NCBI RefSeq assembly: GCF_009914755.1
Contig: NC_060932.1
From: the human T2T-CHM13v2.0 reference genome, Homo sapiens
DNA: 64,000 nt
Direction: 5' to 3' (one strand)
Of this stretch, positions 53,920 to 64,000 are shown in pieces. A model generated the notes under the pieces. It worked only from the letters and a program-made list of their open reading frames with translations, did no database searches and was not told the DNA's origin. Made by a program: the position numbers and the translations under genes. Position 1 is the stretch's first letter. Each line of letters starts with the position of its first letter.

Positions 53920-55690
53920 ATTTGGGGTTGTTTTTTTGAATAGAAGTTTTCGATCCCCTATGGGCATGCAAGTGTAATTAGCAGCTTTTTCTGGTGTTTG
54001 TAAAGGTTTATTGTAAAGTTTAATTTTGGTCCTGTGGACCCGACTAGCTATTTTTTGTAGCTTTACAGCCATTGGTGTGCTAGTAGTACTTGTTAAAGTT
54101 TTTTTTTTTTTTTTAATCTATTTAGGAAGAAGTTGATCTGTTGGGGAGCTTTTTCTTTTTAAGTTTTTAATAGAACCCAGTCTCCAGGCAGGATTTTGGG
54201 GTTATGTTTTATTTGCCCAAGCAAGGGCAGCATCGTATTGTCATATTTTTAGATGGCTTGTTGTACCTAGAGTAGATTTTGAGTATATTTTATAATAGAC
54301 TGAGTTTTGGCTTGATTAACAGGTCTAAGGTAAGGAAGGGTCTTTCATCAGTCATTTGAAAAGGACTAAGTTTTGCTTTTTGGGGGGGGTGCCACTCCTA
54401 TTTTTATGAGGGCTATAAGAGTGTACCAAGACTTAGAAGTTTGCTGGCACAATTTTGCCAGGGTCTGTTTTAAAGTTTGATTAGTCCTTTTAACTTTGCC
54501 AGAGGCTTGTGGCCTCCATGAGGAGTGGAGATGATATTTAATTTCTAAAGCTTGGATTATCCGTTGGGTTATAGTTGTAACAAAAGAGGAGCTGTTGTTG
54601 CCCTGTGAGGCACTGGGGAGGCCAAATTGTGGTATGATTTTTTTTTTTTTAGTAGTGCTTTGTCCACTTTTGCAGTTTTGTTTGTTTGTTTTGGTAGGAA
54701 AAGCTTTTACTCATTTAGTAAAGACGTTTGCAAAAACTAAAAGATATTTAAATCCTCAACACGAGGTCATCTGGGTGTAGTGAGTTTGTCAGTCCTTTTC
54801 AGGATAGGTTCCTGTCACTGAAAAAGGATTAATAAAGGAGGGGGCCTTTGTTTTGGTTGGTTCCCAGAGTTATTTGGGGAGAAAAGTTCACATATAAGGT
54901 GAGTGGCTTTTGTGAGTTTGGAATTCCCAGAGCAGGAGTCTCAATAAGGGTCCCCTGGGTTTTTTTTTTTTTTTTTTTTTTTCATTGTAAGGGCTCAGTG
55001 TGAGGCCCTTTAGTGGCCTCATATAGAGGACAAGCCATTAGTACAAATCCTGGAATCCAGGTTTATGAATCTCAAGTCCAGCACTGGTAGATATTTTTGG
55101 TTTGGTTTTATGGCTGGTACAATAGGAGTATTACGAGGTGATTGACATGGCAGTGGTAAATCATGCTGAAAGAATTTAGAAATCAAGGGCTCTAATCTTT
55201 TGGTTTGTTTTTAATTTTGAGGAATATTGTTTTTTATTGAGGTACCTATTGGGGTCCCACAGTTTAATGACCGCTGGTTGAGCCTGAAGGGCTCTTCCAG
55301 GTACTCCATCATGCCAGATGGCCGTATTTACTTGTTCTAAGATTGACACAGGTAGGTAATCTGTTGGTCCAGCAGTGAGGACCATTTGGTAGCAACTGGT
55401 GCCTTTGAGTGATATAAGGACTCCCATATTTAATAAGTATCTGCCTAAGAGTGGGGTAGGACACCCAGGAAAGCAAAAAAAAGTGATTTCTATACTGACA
55501 TGTGAGTAAGGGAGTGAAATAGTAAGAATGGTGTTGCCCATTGACTCTGGTTACAATTTGTGGAGGTTAATGTCCATCATGAGAAGTTAGGATAGAGTAA
55601 GAGGCCCTGGTATCAATTTTTAAAAATCAATATTTGTACCTGCCACGGCAAGGGTCACCCAGAATTCCAGTTTGGTGACTGGAATGTTCT
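53920..55690 (-). pseudogene. pol: Decayed, internally deleted ERV pro-pol
   Basis: Protease VTLAVAG...DT.ASYS; RT N-terminus (SPRNTPIVP, DLR); PLYEATKG; integrase IIPQFGLP, HSSWRPQASGKV and C-terminal TPMAVKL. RT core and RNase H are missing. Confidence 0.85.
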
Positions 55691-55723
55691 TTTTGGAGGG
55701 GGCCATCTAGATCCCGGGCTTCC

Positions 55724-57335
55724 TCAGTCTTGGGTCAGTGCCATCTCAAGGGAGGACATCCCCTTTTCCTTCGGGAAACAATCCACTCTCCAGTGGCATG
55801 TTTACAGTGGCTTGTTTACAGATGAGGCATGACCCCGGGGGGTAGCCAGGTGCACTCTCTAGCCCAGTGCCCAGACTGCTTGCATTTAAAGCAGGCCCTT
55901 TGATTGTTGTCACCTCGTCATTGACCAGCTTCCAAGCTTTGAGGTTCCGAGGGGTGACCATGAGGTTGTAGAACACTACTGACAGCAACAGCTACTATGT
56001 AAGTCTGGGCCTTATTGCGCCTGTTCCCATGCTGGACTCTGTCTTTCTCCTCAGACAGATCTCTATTATTAAACACTTCAAAAGCCACTTCTATTAGTTG
56101 CAGCATAGGTGTTTGTGGCCCTAATTGTAATTTTTGTAAAATTTTTCCCTGATATCTCGGGCAGACTGGCTGATAAAGTGTTGCCCCAGTAAAACTTGGC
56201 CTTCAGCAGACCTAGGGTCTATGTTGGTGAACTTTTGGAAGGCCTGTATTAAGTGTCCTTGAAAGAGGGCAGGGTTTTCATCTTTTTCCTTTGTGACTTC
56301 TTTGAGCTTTTCACAGTCAACAGGATTTTTAATACATTGTCTCATTCCTGCCAGGAGGCACTGGACCATGTAGTCTCTATTGTTTTATTCTTCTGGACCT
56401 GCTGTAATCTCAATCTGAGTCCTGGGAGGGAACAGCAAGAGCTCCCACTTCACGGGTAGCAGGCTGGTCAGTGTCCCCGCTATCTGAGTATCCATGATGG
56501 GCTAGCCAGATTCCCTGTTTTTAATCTGGAATACAACAAGTAGAAAGAACAACTTGTATATCATTCCTAGTTAAGTCAAAGGCAAAAGTTAGAGCCCGGG
56601 GGCCTCAGTAATACACTGGGATCCTCTGAATACTGTCTGAGTTTCTGCTTGCGTTGGGTTAGAACATTTATTGAGAATGGAACATGTACTCTGATAGTCT
56701 CTTCTCCATTGGGGAATTCCCAGAAGGGGAGCCATTTCTCTGTTCCTGGATGGTATGAAGTCCCACTATGTGTCACTCCAGCTGGGTTAGTCCCAGTTGA
56801 ACTTGGCAAAGGAGGATAGAGATGAGCATAAGCGGGAGGTGAAACGGGATTAGATTCTACAGAAGACTCTGATAGCATAGGGGATGCTGGGGACTCGGAA
56901 GGAGGTGTGGGCCTCTGAGAACCCCTGTCTGGAGCTGGAGTTGGGCCATGGGGCCTAGTATCCCTTCTCCTTAAAAAAAAGAGGATCTTCTAATGGGTCT
57001 GGGTGGCTTTCTGGCTTACTGGGTTTTAGCCCACAGATGCTGCATAGAACTGGGTTCTGTTTTCAGGCCATAAAGGCCTGTAATAGGGTACCTTAGACCA
57101 CTTTCCCTAATTTCTATAGAAAAGATCTAGCTATAGGTTGGTGTTGAAGTTCATGGTTTCATTCTCCAGCCATTTTTCATTGTCTGCTAACTTGTACCCA
57201 GGCCAAACAGTGTTATAAAAAAAGATAAGTTTTTTCTTTTTTTTTTTTTTTTAGCTCATCTAGCCAAAAGATGTTCTAGTTTTTAAATATACATCCCAGG
57301 GGTGTTTCAGTGAGAGTAGAAGCGGTGGCTCCCGT
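55724..57335 (-). pseudogene. gag: Decayed ERV gag
   Basis: Matrix (PLGCIFKN, KLIFF.NTVWP), SPPAY late-domain-like motif, RVHVPFS, major homology region (KLKEVTKEKDENPALFQGHL), HFISQSARDIR and zinc-knuckle remnants; TGA at 55724. Confidence 0.85.
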
Positions 57336-57742
57336 AGTGCTGAAAGAATCCCACGATGACAGAAACATATACTAACGTCTAGGAGGTCATGGGCGTACCC
57401 ATGAGCCAACATGGACCACAATGGGTTGAGGGTGCCCCTTGAACCTCAATTAAATCAAGGCCCTAGGAGGTCACTGGCATTTTCCATGCACCGTCCTAGG
57501 TCTCACTGGCGCTGGAAGTCTTTAGACCTGACCATAGTGGCCCCCATTGCCGGCTGGGGGCCCCAGATGTCTCTCTTCCAAGCCTTTCCTTCCCTACGTC
57601 ACTGGTTTGCCATTTGTGATGCCTAATTATAATACCTGGAATGCCGGGATACAATCCCCACAAAAGGGCTTCCTCGTGACTGTGCATCTTTTGTTCAGCA
57701 AATAAAGCCTGTTGAAAGACAATCTCAAGGAGTTTGAAAATG

Positions 57743-58159
57743 TCCAACAATGATAGACTGGATTAAGAAAATGTGGCACATATACACCATGGAATACTAT
57801 GCAGCCATAAAAAATGATGAGTTCATGTCCTTTGTAGGGACATGGATGAAACTGGAAATCATCATTCTCAGTAAACTATCGCAAGAACAAAAAACCAAAC
57901 ACCGCATATTCTCACTCATAGGTGGGAATTGAACAATGAGATCACATGGACACAGGAAGGGGAATATCACACTCTGGGGGCTGTTGTGGGGTGGGGGTAG
58001 GGGGGAGGGATAGCATTGGGAGATATACCTAATGCTAGATGACGAGTTAGTGGGTGCAGGCACCAGCATGGCACATGTATACATATGTAACTAACCTGCA
58101 CAATGTGCACATGTACCCTAAAACTTAAAGTATAATTAAAAAAAAAAAAGAAAAAAAAA
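57743..58159 (+). mobile_element. Young 5'-truncated L1 (L1PA2-like) 3' end inserted in the proviral leader
   Basis: ORF2 C-terminus ...IFSLIGGN, L1 3' UTR with GAG (not ACA) at the Ta-diagnostic site, poly-A, and TSD gaaaatg (57736-57742 and 58160-58166). Confidence 0.92.
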
Positions 58160-58588
58160 GAAAATGCATAAAGCCTAGAGGGATGGGGTGGTTTTAACGT
58201 GTCCCTCAGAACAGAAAATATTGTAAACAGAAAAACTGAGTAGAAAATAAATCAAAATAGCCACTAGGTGGCGGGCGAGTATTGCTGGAGAGGCAGCAAA
58301 CGAGCTGAGTCTGAAATGAGGCCAGAAAGATGTGAAACTAAGCAAGAAAATAACCCGAATATTTAATGTTGAGAGCAACCCATGGTGCCATGTGGTTAGT
58401 ATAAATAGCACAGAAGCTGCAGCCAAAAGGAGAGCAGCGCATATATTCACAGAAAGAATATAGGTGACTTAAAACTTCCCCGGCAGAACTTCACTGAAAC
58501 AGCTCTGGAAAGAGCGGTGACAGTTAACCAGGTAATCTACTCATCTCGGGGGAAGGGAAACTGAAGTCAATGAAGCGGAAAAACCTTT

Positions 58589-58606
58589 CTCTGTGTCATG
58601 GTACCA
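58589..58606 (-). promoter_or_regulatory. Primer binding site, tRNA-His-like
   Basis: TGGTACCATGACACAGAG on -, 4 nt from the 5' LTR; compare PBS-His TGGTGCCGTGACTCGGAT. Confidence 0.6.
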
Positions 58607-58610
58607 TAAA

Positions 58611-59210
58611 TGTTGACAGCTGTTGTGAGAGACCTCAGTTCTTCTTTTTGTAGTTTGAAACAATTTAAATAAGAGACACACAGCAAAGGAGACGTAGCAT
58701 AATTTATTGTAAAAGGAAAAAGAAAATATTTTGAAAGTTAAGTGCAGAATAGACAGTATATCCAAAAGAGAGCAAGTTTAGGGCAGGCTGCTCATAAGGA
58801 CGAGACAGTGCTAAATATTGCTGGAGAAACTCCCTTTATGGAAGTTTTACATGATTCATAAGGAGGTGGGAAGAGGTGCCACTGGTAAGCACGTTTTGGG
58901 TGGTCTTTGGGGTGCACATGCGCAGAAGCTGTAGATGCTTGTTTATATGTCACATGTTCCATTAGCATCTTAAATCTCTACCTAGGGATGTGTTTTTTTT
59001 TTTTATTATAATGAGCAAAGGGTCAGTGTGAGGACAGGTAAAATCAATGTGTGCATGATCTCAACAGGGGAAAGTTTCTACTGAAGATAGCTTTCTTTGG
59101 GTGAGCTCAATTACAATGTGAATGCTGAGGCTGATTGTGTTGATTGTACAGTCACCACGGTTGTTGTGTCCAAAGGACATGGTCACTTCCTTGGCAACCT
59201 ATCCTACTCA
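58611..59210 (-). mobile_element. 5' LTR of the minus-strand ERV1 provirus (LTR43-like)
   Basis: TG...CA-bounded 600 bp; TSD atat/gtat; L1 ORF1-like sequence resumes on both flanks of the provirus. Confidence 0.9.
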
Positions 59211-60400
<1,190 letters not shown>

Positions 60401-60409
60401 GAAATGGAA

Positions 60410-60816
60410 ATCCAGACCTCTGAGAAGGAGCACTGCTCAGCTGATAGTGGGATCTTTGAGCTTGGGATGGGGATGAGAAGAGAAAATAGAGCTGGTTCTG
60501 CAAGCAAACTGGATCCAGATACTTCAGAAAGGAACTACTGCCACTATGGTGAGGAAGTATTGTTGAAAAAACGTTCACAGGAACAGAAAGCTGACAGGAA
60601 GTAGATAGAAAGTCATAGGATGCAAGTTGGAAGAAAGAAATCCCTTTTTCCCTTCCAGATTTGTAGACCTTCCCACGTACCCTTATGGACAGAGTCAAAC
60701 ATGGAGCTGTTGGCAAAGCAGAAATGTGGTCTGCAGAGTTTGAGCCCCAGTGTCACAAAGCAGAGTGTAAAAGGGTGAGTTTCAAGCTAATAGATAATAA
60801 CTCAACAACTGGCACA
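60410..60816 (-). mobile_element. LTR41/LTR52-like ERVL LTR fragment
   Basis: Reverse complement starts tgtgccagttg...ctctgctttgtgacactggggct, similar to the start at 50024. Confidence 0.55.
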
Positions 60817-63549
60817 CATATTTCTTCATTCTGCTTTTCCAGCACTGTTCAATAAATTATTATCTTGCCCCTGTGTTTTTTTTTAAGGTAAATAACAGCT
60901 TACAAGCAGAAGTCACGAAGATCTTACTGAAAATAACCATAACATAATCTTTCATCTAAAGACTTTCCTGGCTCCTCCTGTATAGTGCTTTACTTTGCTG
61001 AACTTGCATACACACCAGGTTAATTTATAGTTGGAGAAAAGCCTTATAACTCTTAAAGCCCCCTAACTCACTCTCCAGCTTCCAAGGACACAGGGGTTAT
61101 GTCAACATGCTGGGATGCTATAGGGACATTAAAATGACAAACGTGCTAACTAATGTCAATATATGGACATGGTAATACAAAATTTAAAAATTAAAAAAAA
61201 AAATCCCAGAAGACAACATCCTAGGGGTACTTATATATAACAATGTAAAGTTTATAGATGTACATGAAAAGATTGGAAGTAAAATTGGAATAATGTGAAT
61301 TAAATTGAAATAAGTCATTGTACCTCAATGTTCCATTTTTTCTTTCTATAAAATTGTGCAAGTTCATAATTGTTTTTTTAAAGAAAAAATGAGAAAATTT
61401 GCTCATTTGTGTTTCCCAAACTGCTTCTCTATTAGATCTGTGTCCATGCCAATGGTTTTTTTTTTTTGTATCTTCTTTGAACAAATAAAGTAATGTTGGT
61501 TTTGTCTGACCTATAACCCCAGCTTTTTAAACACTTTATGCTTTTACAGCTGTTTAGTATAATATCATAGACTGAGTAGAGTTTGCCCTCTGAATTAATT
61601 TTCAAAATAAGATCAATATGTACAATTAAAGAAAATCACTATAAAAACTATACTATCTATCATACAACATATCGTTGGCTCTCTTGGTTTTTAAAAGTAG
61701 TAACAGTGCCTGACTTTGTCCTGCTTTGTGCAGAATGAGACATGATGAAAGTATTTTGTGTGCTGACAATAAAACACAGTGGAGAGGAAAAGGAAAAAGC
61801 TGCTCCTGTGAAAATGCTTTCCTTCAATAGGAAACTCTTCGTTCCTGGTTGAAGAGGCACGGAGAAAACACAGCCATGAAAACACAGTTCTTCTTCTAGT
61901 CACAAACATGCCTTTGGCACTGATCAAGGCACCCCCCAAGGATGAGGGCTGGGGCAAAGGACTATTAAACTAGAATGTTCTCAATTTTTCTTTTACTGTC
62001 TCAAGGCCATCTAGTAAATGTTCTTGCAACTACACCCTCTTTCTCCTCATCATTTCTGTTCTTCTCTTTATTTTTTCCGTCCATCTTAAAGGAAGGTTAT
62101 TCTAAAAGTTCAATTCAATATCACCACTATATATAAGATAATTACCATGTGAAAGATATCCCAAAATCTCTAAAAAAATTTATTTTCCCCTTTAAGCTAG
62201 CTTGAGTGTAGCCAATGACATCCTAACATACATGCTTATTTCTTGTAAAACAAAGTTCAAACTCGTAAGAACTGTGTTCAGAGCACTCCATAATCTGGCC
62301 TTCATTCACGTTCTGAGGCTTATTGCTTACAGATTCTTAATTAAAACCTTTCTCCAAGCAGCCTGCTGTCTTCTGTATTTGTAAACCCACCTGGCTCATT
62401 CTTCTACCAACCACGCCTTCGCTCACTTCAATCTCACTTCCATTGCTTTCTATAAACCCCAGTCATCTTTCAAAACTCACTTATTTTAAAGCTCTTTCAC
62501 AGCAGAGACTACTCTTTGGATTATCTGTAGCGTTTTTTGTTTGTTCAATTGACTTGGCATTTTTCACACACACTCATGAATCATTATTGCTTTTTCTGTC
62601 TGTGTATGAAAAAAACTGTAAGATCCATGGGTTCAGAAACCACATATTTTGCTTGTTTTCTAAAGGGGAAGCAGAAACAAACACCTTCTCATTCACTACT
62701 GATGGATGCCATGAGACTTCCAAAACTCATGCCCAAATAGGAGATTACTCTTTTCGCCTAGGCAATGAAGTACAATCCTTACACTTATTCACTAAATCCG
62801 TGTTTACTGAGTGCATTTTAAGTGCCAGGTACTGGAGACACTTATACGCAAAAGAATCTGCCCTTGTGGGCCTCACGGCTGACTGTGGCACAAACAGGTC
62901 ATCTGCAGCCTAGCCCAGAGCACAGATGGTAAGGAACATGGTCCCTCAGGTAAGAGAAGGTGAGAGTACTGAGCTGACAGAGGGGGAGAGCGCTGAGAGT
63001 CCAATGTCTTCAGTTGCAGGTGTTTTGTGAAACCAACAAGACTTCACACCTGTTGACACTTTATAGGGGATAGATACACAGCATTGCTTCAGAACGCTTC
63101 CTTCTAGAATTTGAGTTCAGCTGAGCTAGAGACACAGAATCTAGCCTGATGGAAATACCAGCTTGATTGCTGTGAAAAACCAGGATGAGCATGCAACCTA
63201 GATTTGTGGCAACTGGGAACACGATTTTTCCCCTGAAATAAACTCACTCCCCAGCAGCTGGCCTTGCCTGCAGACAGCATTATCCCAATTAAGCTCACGG
63301 CCTACCCGGAAGGAAACCGGGACCTGAGGCAAATCAGCCTCTAGCCCAGGTGAGAATTTTGAGAGAAACAGAGAAGGTAATTCAGAGTTCCCACACTCTG
63401 CTTCTGGAAACCCCTGATGCATAAAGTTATCTCTGCGTTCCTCTCTGGGACTCTGGGAGTCACAGAAGCAATGTCTGTCAACACACTGCCCTCTGGGAAG
63501 GCATCTGGGAAAAACTTCTGAGGGGCAATGTCACAGGAAATGCAAAAAT

Positions 63550-63710
63550 GACTTGGGTTCAAATGCCGTTTCTGTCATTTATTCACTGTAAAACTCTAAA
63601 TAATTTTACCGAATGTCATTTTCCTCTTCTGTAAAATGAAAATTTTTACCTCACAAGGTTTTCATTAAAAATGCATATGGTATATTATAGACCCTCAAAA
63701 AATGTTTCTA
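63550..63710 (+). mobile_element. MIR
   Basis: ttttcctcttctgtaaaatg...acctcacaaggtt. Confidence 0.6.
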
Positions 63711-64000
63711 ATATATTTATTTTAAATTTGACTTTTGGGTCTCTAACTTTTCTCCTAATTAAGTAAATAATTTCTTATCTAGTAACAAAAACATAAAAGC
63801 AATAATTTACTATAAAAGGGATACTTTATAGATCAGTTGACACTATATATAGATATATATATTCAAGCTTAGGAGAAAGAGTGAAAACACATTTCTTTTT
63901 GTTTAATTTCTCCTCAGCACCTGGCAAAATATCAGAATTTGGAAGTAGTAGGGATGAGGACAGTTGACAGAAAATACATTTAAAATTACAGAAGTGCACA

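Noticed and set aside
62443-62913. 156-aa ORF
   Set aside because: Overlaps L2-like remnants, starts at TTG and has no homology I recognise.

Overview
This is repeat-dense primate (very likely human) non-coding DNA, with no intact host protein-coding gene that I can support. Nearly all ORFs in the track are artefacts of Alu, L1, LTR or low-complexity sequence. The main contents are two decayed class I (ERV1) proviruses: a MER50-type element on + (about 4.1-10.4 kb) and an LTR43-like element on - (51.5-59.2 kb). Also present are an RPL30 processed pseudogene, solo LTRs (LTR7/HERV-H, MER50, LTR8, MER39, MER4, MER83-, MER67-, MER74- and LTR41-like, THE1, MLT1), about 16 Alus, old L1M/L2/MIR remnants, a young L1PA2-type 3' end and DNA-transposon relics. 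The most striking signal is pervasive sense-strand G-to-A change in the minus-strand provirus, mostly GA>AA, which hits Trp codons, integrase catalytic residues and the env ISD and looks like an APOBEC3 editing fossil. I found no evidence for a new multi-gene biological system. Family and subfamily names come from my recall of consensus sequences and need RepeatMasker/Dfam confirmation.
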